Positions 1 through 10,209 of a DNA stretch of 64,000 nt are shown one piece after another. The stretch is from Malacoraja senta (Eukaryota). Numbering within the stretch: position 1 is the stretch's first letter; each line of letters opens with the position of its first letter. Under the pieces are notes generated by a model. It worked only from the letters and a program-made list of their open reading frames with translations, made no database searches and was not told the DNA's origin. A program made the position numbers and the translations under genes. The stretch is from NCBI GenBank assembly GCA_038087875.1, contig CM075994.1, positions 8,620,001 to 8,684,000 on the forward strand. The letters run 5' to 3'.

Positions 1-598
1 CATCAGGCCCTGGAGATTTATCAGCCTTCAGTCCCATCAGTCTACCCAACACCATTTCCTGCCTAATATGGATTTCCTTCAGTTCCTCCGTCAATCCAGA
101 TCCTCTGGCCACTAGTACATCAGGATGATTGTTTGTGTCCTCCTTTGTGAAGACAGATCCAAAGTACCTGTTCAACTCATCTGCCATTTCCTCGTTCCCC
201 ATAATAAATTCACCTTTTTTGGTCTTCAAGGGTCCAACTTTAGTCCTAACTAATATTTTCCTCTTCACATACCTAAAGAAGCTTTTACTATTCTCCTTTA
301 TATTCTTGGCTAGCTTACCTAAAGAAGCTTTTACTATTCTCCTTTATATTCTTGGCTAGCTTACCTTCGTACCTCATCTTTTCTCCCCATATTATCTTTT
401 TAGTTATCTTCCGTTGCCCTTTAAACGTTATCCAATCCTCTTGCTTCCCGCTCATCTTTGCTACGTTGTACTTCTCTTTAATTTTTCTACGGTCCCTGAC
501 ATCCCTTGTCAGCCATGGTCGTCCCTTACCCCCTTGGAATCTTTCTTCCTCTTTGGAATGAACTGATCCTGCACCTTCTGTATTATTCCCAGAAATAC
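1..598 (-). mobile_element. Degraded CR1/HER1-type LINE ORF2 fragment (resumes at about 3293-3440)
   Basis: Reverse complement of the CR1 ORF2 region seen at 1050-1800; the flanks rejoin across the inserted + strand copy. Confidence 0.8.
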
Positions 599-3292
599 AT
601 CCTATAGAAAGGACAGGCAGGTGGGCAGAGGAGGGGGGGTAACTCTGCTGGTGAGGGAGGGAATTCAGTCCCTTGCGAGGGAAGACATAGGGACTGACGA
701 GGTAGAGTCACTGTGGATTGAGTTGAGGAATTGTAAAGGCAAGAAGACACTAATTGGTGTTATTTACAGACCCCCAAATGGTAGCCTGGATGTAGGGTGT
801 AAGTTGCAGCAGGAGTTAAAACTGGCATGTAACAAAGGTAATGCCACTGTGGTGATGAGGGATTTCAATATGCAGGTAGACTGGGAAAATCAGGTTGGTT
901 CAGGACCCCAAGAAAGAGTTTGTAGAATGCCTCCGAGATGGATTCTTAGAGCAGCTTGTAATGGAGCCGACCAGAGAAAAGGCAATTCTGGATTTAGTGT
1001 TGTCCAATGAACCCGATATGATAAGAGAACTCGAGGTAGTGATCATAATATGATTAGTTTTAATCTGCAATTTGAGAAGGAGAACATTAAATCGGAAGTG
1101 GCAGTGATGCAGTTGAACAAAGGGGACTATGAAGGCATGAGAGGGGAGCTGGCCAAAGTAGACTGGAAACGGATCCTAGCAGGAATGACGGTGGAACAGC
1201 AGTGGCAGGAATTTCTGGGCATAATCCGGAAGACGCAGGATCATTTCATTCCAAAAAGGAAGAAAGATTCTAAGGGGAGTAGGAGGCAACCGTGGCTGAC
1301 AAGGGAAGTTAGGGATAGAATAAAACTAAAAGAAAAGGTGTATAACACAGCAAAAAGTAGCCGTAAGCCAGAGGATTGGGAAACTTTCATAGGACAACAG
1401 AAGGAAACAAAACGGGCAATACGGGCTGAAAAGATGAAGTACGAGGGGAAGCAGGCCAGGAATATAAAGAAGGACATTAAAAGCTTCTTTAGATATGTTA
1501 AGGGAAAAAGAGTAGCAAAGTCAAATGTGGGTCCCTTGAAGGCAGACACGGGTGAAATTATTATGGGCAACAAGGAAATGGCAGAAGAGTTGAATAGGTA
1601 CTTTGGATCTGTCTTCACTAACGAAGACACAAACAATCTCCCAGATGTAATGGAGGACAGAGGATCTAAGGGGGCAGAGGAACTGAAAGAAATTTTCATT
1701 AGGCGAGAAATAGTATTGGGTAGGCTAATGGGACTGAAGGATGATAAATCCCCCGGACCTGATGGTCTGCATCCCAGGGTCCTCAGGGAGGTGGCTCTAG
1801 AAATAGTGGACGCATTGGTGATCATTTTCCAATGTTCAATAGATTCAGGATTAGTTCCTGTGGATTGGAGGATAGCTAATGTTATCCCACTTTTCAAGAA
1901 AGGAGCGAGAGAGAAAACGGGGAATTACAGATCAGTTAGCCTGACCTCGGTGGTGGGAAAGATGCTGGAGTCAATTATTAAAGAGGTAATAATGGGACAT
2001 TTGGATAGCAGTAAAAGGATTAGTCCAAGTCAACATGGATTTATGAAAGGGAAATCATGCTTGACTAATTTTCTGGAATTTTGTGAGGATGTGACAAGTA
2101 AAATGGATGAAGGGGTGCCAGTGGATGTAGTGTATCTAGACTTTCAGAAAGCCTTTGATAAGGTCCCGCACGGGAGACTGGTGACTAAAATTAGAGCACA
2201 TGGTATTGGGGTTAGGGTGTTGACATGGATAGAAAATTGGTTGGCAGACCGGAAGCAAAGAGTAGGAGTGAACGGGTCCTTTTCAGAATGGCAGGCAGTG
2301 GCGAGTGGAGTGCCGCAAGGCTCGGTGTTGGGGCCGCAACTGTTTACCATACATATTAATGATTTGGAAGAGGGAATTAGGAGCAACACTAGCAAGTTTG
2401 CGGATGACACAAAGCTGGGTGGCAGTGAAGAGGATGTTAGGAGGTTGCAGGGTGACCTGGACAGGTTGAGTGAGTGGGCAGATGCGTGGCAGATGCAGTA
2501 TAATATAGATAAATGTGAGGTTATCCATTTTGGCGGCAAAAACAAGAGGGCAGATTATTATCTCAATGGGTTTAGGTTAGGTAAGGGGGAGGTACAGCGA
2601 GACCTGGGTGTCACTGAAAGTTGGCGTGCAGGTACAGCAGGCAGTGAAGAAAGCTAATGGAATGTTGGCCTTCATAACAAGAAGATTTCAGTATAGGAGT
2701 AGAGAGGTTCTTCTGCAGTTGTATAGGCTCTGGTGAGACCACATCTGGAGTATTGTGTACAGTTTTGGTCTCCTAATTTGAAGGACATCCTTGTGATTGA
2801 GGCAGTGCAGCATAGGTTCACGAGATTGATCCCTGGGATGGCGGGACTGTCATATGAGGAAAGATTGAAAAGACTAGGCTTGTATTCACTGGAGTTTAGA
2901 AGGATGAGGGGGATCTTATAGAAACATATAAAATTATAAAAGGACTGGACAAGCTAGATGCAGGAAAAATGGTCCCAATGTTGGGCGAGTCCAGAACCAA
3001 GGGCCACAGTCTTAGAACAAAGGGGAGGTCATTTAAGACTGAGATGAGAAAAAACTTTTTCACCCAGTGAGTTGTAAAATTATGGAATTCCCTGCCACAG
3101 AGGGCAGTGTAGGCTAGGTCACTGGATGGATTTAAGAGAGAGTTAGATAGAGCTCTACGGGCTAGTGGAATCAAGGGATATGGGGAGAAGGCAGGCACGG
3201 GTTATTGATGTGGGACGATCAGCCATGATCACAATGAATGGCGATGCTGGCTCGAAGGGCCGAATGGCCTCCTCCTGTTTTCTATGTTTCTA
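599..3292 (+). mobile_element. 5'-truncated CR1/HER1-type LINE (APE endonuclease remnant, RT, 3' tail)
   Basis: ORFs 621-1010 and 1050-2657 carry [37 protein letters not shown] and KFADDTKL; 3' end ends in tttctatg repeats; frameshifted. Confidence 0.92.
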
Positions 3293-3454
3293 TTGTTATT
3301 CCACTGTCATCCCAGCTAGGGTCTCTTTCCAGTCACCTTTGGCCAGCTCCTCCCTCATGGCTGCATAGTCCCCTTTGTTCAAGTAATACTGACACCTGAT
3401 TTTCCCTTCTCCCTCAAATTGTAGATTAAAACATCATATTGTTCATTAATGAAG

Positions 3455-3560
3455 GTCACTAGTGAATGGGGAATTAATGGACGGCACCTCTGAATGGGGA
3501 ATTAATGGACGGCACCTCTAAATGGGGAATTAGGGGAGGGCACTAGAAAATAGGGAATTA
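3455..3560. repeat. Minisatellite of about 27 bp units (gggaattaggggagggcactagtaaat-like), continuing at 8571-8680
   Basis: Tandem units on both sides of the ERV. Confidence 0.75.
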
Positions 3561-4078
3561 TGAAAGAGTTAGTTATTAATTGATTGTTGCCATATTTAAG
3601 CTTTCCTGTTGTAAAAGGCCAATTGTAATGCATGATGGGATTTGGACAACTCCTATCATGCCAGGTTTTTTTCCCTTTAAGTTGAAAAGTTCACAGCTCT
3701 CTTACAAGTTTTTTTATGTAAGTTGAATAGTTCGCAGCTCTCTTACAAGTTTTTTTATGTAAGTTGAAGAGGTTAATCAGATAAGAAGGGGCCCAGAGGA
3801 TGCCATTGGGGTAACTGGCTTTTGGCAAAGAGTGAAAAACAACTCCATATTTGGAGGTGGATGATGGTTTTTGTGGCATTACATCATGCAATTGGTTTTA
3901 TATCGGTACGTATATAAGCTTCGATGTTCTGGTATTTCTTTGTGTGTGCTGCTGGAGATTCAGACGTGAGAACCTGTTGCCTCTGGGTCTCTCAGTTCAC
4001 ACCCGTCAGACGTTAAATTAAAGCTTTGTATGGTCTTAAGAATTTGTACTTTGTCTATCTTTTAAGTGAACTTTTTCA
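3561..4078 (+). repeat. 5' LTR
   Basis: TGAAAG...TTTTCA; TATATAA at 3911; ATTAAA at 4017; internal duplication of about 41 bp. Confidence 0.93.
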
Positions 4079-4079
4079 T

Positions 4080-4097
4080 TGGCATAGTCGCGCAGGT
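4080..4097 (+). promoter_or_regulatory. Primer-binding site, tRNA-Ser-like
   Basis: TGGCATAGTCGCGCAGGT resembles the complement of a tRNA-Ser 3' end (TGGCGTAGTCGGCAGGAT). Confidence 0.65.
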
Positions 4098-4501
4098 CTC
4101 GCTGGGACACCATCAACAGCTGAATGAGCTTGAGGTTGCAGATGTTACCGGGTTTGGCAAGGGAGAAAACTGAGCTCTAATCGGTCCATTGCAACCGACC
4201 CCTTGACATTCCCGGGAACATAGGTGATTCTTCATCAGACGTTGTGTTGGTTCCCTGCCGAGGTTCTTAGAGATAGACAAAGGTAAGACCAATTGTGAAT
4301 TGTGTATGTATTTTTACGTATGAATTTTGTGTATGTATTTTTTAAGAAAGAATTGGGTTTTTTGTTTTTCTCTCTCTCTCTCTCTCTTTTTCTGTCTATC
4401 TTCTTTTTTCTCACACTCTCTCTCCCTCTATTGTCTGCCTTTTTGAGACATCCGAGGAGTTATCGGGTTGTGAGACAAGCAGCATTGTTTATTAAAAGAA
4501 A

Positions 4502-4790
4502 AGAAGTCTGCTAGGTTGAGAAACTGGGGTCACGGTTAGCGGGTCAGCTCAGTTGAGACACCTGGGTCTTAGAAGTCTGCTAGGTTGAGAAACTGGGGTC
4601 ATGGTTAGCGGGTCAGCTCAGTTGAGACACCTGGGTCTTATATTAAAAGAAAAGAAGTCTGCTAGGTTGAGAAACTGGGGTCACGGTTAGCGGGTCAGCT
4701 CAGTTGAGACACCTGGGTCTTAGAAGTCTGCTAGGTTGAGAAACTGGGGTCACGGTTAGTGGGTCAGCTCAGTTGAAACACCTGGGTCTT
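4502..4790 (+). repeat. Tandem repeat in ERV leader: four 69-bp units arranged as a duplicated 151-bp dimer
   Basis: Units start at 4502, 4571, 4653 and 4722 (agaagtctgctaggttgagaaactgggg...). Confidence 0.9.
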
Positions 4791-4812
4791 ATATTAAAAG
4801 AAAAGAAGTCTG

Positions 4813-4853
<41 letters not shown>

Positions 4854-6619
4854 TCTCTCTCTCTCTCTCATTCTCTATCTATCTATGGGGAATGCTCTGG
4901 ATAACAGTGATGGGGGAACCCCCGTTCAACAAATGTGTTATTTGAATTTTAAGTATAATAAGAAATTTAGAATATTAAGTTACAAGCTGACCACATGGTT
5001 AGGAAATGAGAAAAGGTGATGGGATCCCTTTTTCTGACAAAGCAAAATAGGGGAAATTGGCGGGGAAATTCGGACAGAATTAAACATTTCCTGACTAAAG
5101 CAGATGAAGAAAAGGAAGGGAGTAAGGACTGAGGCAGGAGAAGAGAAACAGTATTAAATTCAACATTGAGAGTTAAAACAAACCTGCCTTCAAGATTTGA
5201 ATAGCCTTTGGCACAGAGCAACAGAATGGCAGGCAACCTTGCATTGCTAAGCCTCGGATGAGAATGTGGGTCTTTGTCTGTGGAATTTGATATCTTTTTG
5301 GGTGTGGTCAGACTTTGAAAAAATAGGAGTCTGATTGGTCGCCACTTCAGTGGGTGTGGCCAGACTTTGAGTGATGGGAAATCTGACTAATCACGATCTG
5401 GATCATGTCCAATCACAGAGTCCAGGATCCTGACTGACAGGGAATTGGACCATCCTACCCTGCTGCCTATCATTGTGAAGATTTATGGTGGAAGGAAAAT
5501 GCTGTAACGGGTTTTGTTTCCAACTTAATTTTCTTGTTTCAACAAGAAGGCTTTCACAATTAAAAGACTTTATAACCACAATTGTGACCTCAGTCCTCCC
5601 AGAGCTAATAAAAAAACAGCAGCTTGTAAAATCTTTCTTGTAAATTTTTTGAAACCAAGTTTTTGGTGGGAAAAAAAAATAGGGTTTTGTCAGAAAAAGG
5701 GAAAGTAGATTACAAAGAGACGTCTTTGAAGTAAATATAGTATGAACTGCTTTTGTAAATGGCTTTTGTACATTCTTTTGTGTATGTGTATGGGTTCCTT
5801 TAAGAGACTGAAATGCATGGGGTCCCTTGGTGTAAGTAGGTTTTTTAAATTCTTGTTGCGATGATAAAAAAAAACTAATCAGGTTTGAAGTCTTTGATAC
5901 CTGTGTTACACTTTGAAGCTATGTGGAGTGTGTTTTTGGATCATGACAAGAGAAAAATGTGCAAATGTGTTATTTGTTATAAATGTTTAAAGAGCTTTGT
6001 GTTTGAAACAATAGTTGTGTGTGTCCCTTTAACACATGGCAATGTCTGGGGGCTTTAACATTGATCACCTCGAAGCAGCAGTTTGACTGTTTTTACAGTG
6101 TTTTTTTCTCTACTGATAAGGATTCCACTGAGAATTCCGATGCAGTTCAGTGCTTTCAATTAAAGGGGCACACTCAGATTCTTCAGATTTGGAGTATTTA
6201 AATCAATTACTTTTTTTACATTGTTAACTTCTGTGGTTCTAAATACTGAGTTTTGTGTAGGTCTATTGTGGACTTTATTTTGATGTGCAAAATTTTGTGT
6301 TGTGACAATTGAATTGTTTTGTGTGACATTTTTGGCCAAAATGAAACACAAGGCATGAAAGAGCTAATTGATATTACATTGCTTGCTGAGATACTTCACA
6401 AGATCATGTTGCTTGTATTTCTCTTGGGACAGGCTTTCTCCAGTGGAACAGATAAGAAGGGAGAGAGGGAAATAGGACTTTTGCATTCCATCACAGTAAG
6501 GTGGTGTTTGGAGATTCACTGTGCTGGATGTTGTGTGGAACTGTGTGTTTTGTTTTTGCTGTTATGACTACAGGGAACGAAAATCTGTTCAAACTTTTGT
6601 TTGTTTGAATTGTTTGAAT

Positions 6620-7505
6620 GACAATAAAAGGAATTCAGCAGAGATTTTATATGACCATCCACTGGGGGCAACATGGAACCAGAATGCTCCAAAGGCTGTT
6701 CACTTTCATCACATGACAATGGAAATGACTAATTATATTTTATCGTTAACCAGTGCATTGAAGGATGTACAATAGAACCACTATGTCTAAAATTGAACCT
6801 GGTACTTGTGTAATAATCAGGAATTGGATGAGGAAGATTCGGGACATTCGGTGGGAAGGGCATTACCAGGTCCTTCTAACAACCCCTACCGCAGAAAAGG
6901 TGGAGGGGAGACATGCGTGGGTTCACTTTCACCACTGTAAGATTGTCAGTATGGTGCCAAAAAGATAAATGTTAACTTCTTTCATTTAAGAAATCCCTTT
7001 CTAGGATAGATTGCGATGGACATGTCGCTATTTCTCGCCTATCTTGGGACATTGATAGCCATCAGATCTGCGAGAAACTGAGTATGCCGATGTAATGCAA
7101 TGTGATGGTGGCATTGGCAGATTTGCAGGTGACGCAGGGCTGGGTGACTGCGAGTTGTGGGAAGGATGCTATGGACTGAGGGTGACCACAGGCTACGTAC
7201 CCACTGGTGGTGTGACTCACGTGTGGAAGTTTCACCTACAGGCCCTCAGTGATTAACTAATTATTATACACAGCAATTAACCGATGCCTTGCCAGGTCTG
7301 CATTCTAAGGTACAAGAAGTGCAGATACCACTACCAGTTGAACACAGGGACGAGTTCATACTGTCAGACTACATACTGATAAGGCATTGGGACGGAAGGA
7401 ATTAAAACTGTGTTGAACAGAACTGTACCAAGTGGTATCAACAACATCAACCGCCAAGAAGATTGAAGATCACCGCGTTGGATTCATCTGATTGACTTTA
7501 AACAG
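6620..7505 (+). pseudogene. pol: ERV pol remnant: integrase C-terminal (GPY/F-type) region, present twice
   Basis: SAEILYDHP...RWEGHYQVLLTTPTAEKVEGRHAWVHFHHCK, then a frameshifted second copy LYQVVSTTSTAKKIED/RWIHLIDFK. Confidence 0.75.
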
Positions 7506-7527
7506 TTCGGAGAACCAAAAAAGGACA

Positions 7528-8023
7528 ATGGGGCTATTGACCCTCTTTTATATTCTGGGGTTGGCCCATATGGACTGGACTTGGTGAAATAATCTGTTTT
7601 TGTTTATGAGTTTTGAATTTGCCCTTCGTAATAATAAATGTATGCTGGTTGTGTACGCTCATCCCATATAATGGTGGAGAAGGAATACCTCTCATAACAA
7701 TACCACTTAACCTTACTGAGATTCTGGCAGAGAAAGGGGGTACATGTGCTATTATGGGGCGTGAATGCTGTACTTACATCCCTGATGAATCTTCTAACAT
7801 TACAGATTTAGCAGCACATATTACTGCAGAAATAAAGAAGATTACAGAGGTAGGGGAGGAAATGCATAACTTTAATAAAGGTGTAGAATGGTGGCCATTT
7901 AGTATGTTTGGAGGAATATGGGGAATGGTAATACATTATGGATCGATTGTACTGCTGATCATTATCTTAATCTATGTACTGAAATGTCTGAAGCCTTTAC
8001 TATGTACTAACCAAGGACTGTAG
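7528..8023 (+). pseudogene. env: ERV env remnant (gamma-type), internally deleted
   Basis: CWLC motif, LAEKGGTCAIMGRECCTYIPD (end of immunosuppressive domain plus CX6CC), hydrophobic transmembrane segment. Confidence 0.85.
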
Positions 8024-8052
8024 TGTTATCATTATATGATAAAAGGGAGGAA

Positions 8053-8570
8053 TGAAAGAGTTAGTTATTAATTGATTGTTGCCATATTTAAGCTTTCCTG
8101 TTGTAAAAGGCCAATTGTAATGCATGATGGGATTTGGACAACTCCTATCATGCCAGGTTTTTTTCCCTTTAAGTTGAAAAATTCACAGCTCTCTTACAAG
8201 TTTTTTTATGTAAGTTGAATAGTTCGCAGCTCTCTTACAAGTTTTTTTATGTAAGTTGAAGAGGTTAATCAGATAAGAAGGGGCCCAGAGGATGCCATTG
8301 GGGTAACTGGCTTTTGGCAAAGAGTGAAAAACAACTCCATATTTGGAGGTGGATGATGGTTTTTGTGGCATTACATCATGCAATTGGTTTTATATCGGTA
8401 CGTATATAAGCTTCGATGTTCTGGTATTTCTTTGTGTGTGCTGCTGGAGATTCAGACGTGAGAACCTGTTGCCTCTGGGTCTCTCAGTTCACACCCGTCA
8501 GACGTTAAATTAAAGCTTTGTATGGTCTTAAGAATTTGTACTTTGTCTATCTTTTAAGTGAACTTTTTCA
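8053..8570 (+). repeat. 3' LTR
   Basis: Direct repeat of 3561-4078; I spotted one substitution by eye. Confidence 0.93.
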
Positions 8571-9794
8571 ATAGGGGAGGGCACTAGTACATGGGGATTT
8601 AGGGGAGGGCACCTCTAAATGGGGATTTAGGGGAGGGCACTAGTAAATGGGGATTTAGGAGAGGGCACTAGTAAATGGTGATTTAATGACCTTTTGCACC
8701 ACGCTATCTCGGGAGGCATCAAAGACGTTCCTGTCCCACCCCGGTCATTCCCTCTTCTCCCCCCCGTTCTCCTGTCTGGCAGTGGGTACAGAAGCTTGAA
8801 AGCGCGCACCACCAAACTCAGGAACAGCTTCTTCCCCTCTGTTATCAGGCTTCTGCAAGGTCCTTCCATAAGCTTGGGTACTGTCCGATTCACCTCAACC
8901 CCATAGATAGACACAAAGTGCTGGAGTAACTCAGCAGGACAGGCAGCAACCCTGGAGAGAAGGAATGGGTGGTTTCGGGTCAAGACCAGAATCTTCAGAA
9001 GGGTGTCGACCCGAATAAAATTCTTAAGCGATTGGACAGGCTAGATGTTCCTCATGTTGGGGGAGTCCAGAACCAGGGGTCACAGTTTCAGAATAAGGGA
9101 TAGGCCATTTAGGACTGAGATGAGGAAAAACTTCTTCACCCAAAGAGTTGTAAATCTGTGGAATTCTCTGCCACAGAAGGCAGTGAAGGCCAATTCACTG
9201 GATGTTTTCAAGAGAGAGTTAGATTTAGCTCTAAGGCAAAAGGAATCAAAGGATATGAACCTAATCTGAATCTAAAGGAAAGCAAAGGGCCGAAAGGCCT
9301 ACTCCTGTACCTATTTTTTATGTTTCGATGAAACGTCACCCATTCCTTCTCTCAGAGATGCTGCCTGTCCCGCTGAGTAACTCCAGCTTTTTGTGTCTAT
9401 CTTCTGTGTAAACCAGCATCTGCAGTTCCTTCCTACACACTTAGTTCAGTTTAGTTTATTGTCGCATGTACCGAGGTACAGAGAAAAGCTTTTGTTACGT
9501 GCTATCCAGTCAGCGGAAAGACAATACATGATTACATTTGAGCCATTTACAGTGTACAGATAAGGGAATAACGCAAGCTAAAGCCAGTAAAGTCCGATCA
9601 AAGATAGCCCAGGGTCACCAAAGAGGTAGTTAGTAGTTCACACTGCTCTCTGGTTGTGGTACGATAGATCAGTTGCCTGATAACAGCTGGGAAGAAACTG
9701 TCCCTGAATCTGGAGGTGTGCGCTTTCACCTGTACCAACTATGTACCGACTGAAACGTACATATACCCGCACATTCGTGTGAACGCACTGACAG

Positions 9795-10125
9795 GTGGGC
9801 ACACACGCATGTGATGTTCACGGAGATGCACAAAGGCACATATGCACGCATGTACACACACCCACACACAAGCACACATACTCACGCACGCTTTCACACT
9901 GACACTCATACATGCACATGCGCACCCACACACACTCATGCATAAGCGCACTCACACACACACACACACTGACACTCACACGCACTGACACACACATGCA
10001 CACGCTCACACACTGACACTCGCACACACTCACGCACAAGCACACACACGCTTTTGCACTCACACACGCATGCACACACACACGCATGCACACACACTCA
10101 CTCACACTCACGCACACGCACACAC
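9795..10125. repeat. Imperfect (CA)n microsatellite
   Basis: CA/CACG/CATG low-complexity tract next to the exon 35-equivalent donor. Confidence 0.9.
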
Positions 10126-10134
10126 TGTCACTAC

Positions 10135-10209
10135 CTGGGGAAGATAAAGCAGAACTCTGCCGTTTTTGAACTCGTATGAATCGATGTATCGATCAGCAAG
10201 TTTCGATAA
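10135..10209 (-). CDS. C4: C4 exon (exon 35 equivalent), 75 bp
   Basis: ttttcag|[25 protein letters not shown]|gtagtg. Confidence 0.9.

Larger units (their letters stand above)
3561..8570 (+). mobile_element. Non-autonomous endogenous retrovirus (gamma/epsilon-like), 5010 bp
   Basis: Paired 518-bp TG...CA LTRs, PBS right after the 5' LTR, polypurine tract AAAAGGGAGGAA before the 3' LTR, integrase C-terminal and env remnants; no RT seen. Confidence 0.93.

Noticed and set aside
3691..3891. Identical 66-aa ORFs at 3691-3891 and 8183-8383 as a duplicated gene
   Set aside because: Antisense frames within the two LTRs
4502..4790. CRISPR-like array
   Set aside because: Head-to-tail tandem repeat without unique spacers, in vertebrate DNA
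9739..10123. Cys/Val-rich ORFs
   Set aside because: Translations of the (CA)n microsatellite
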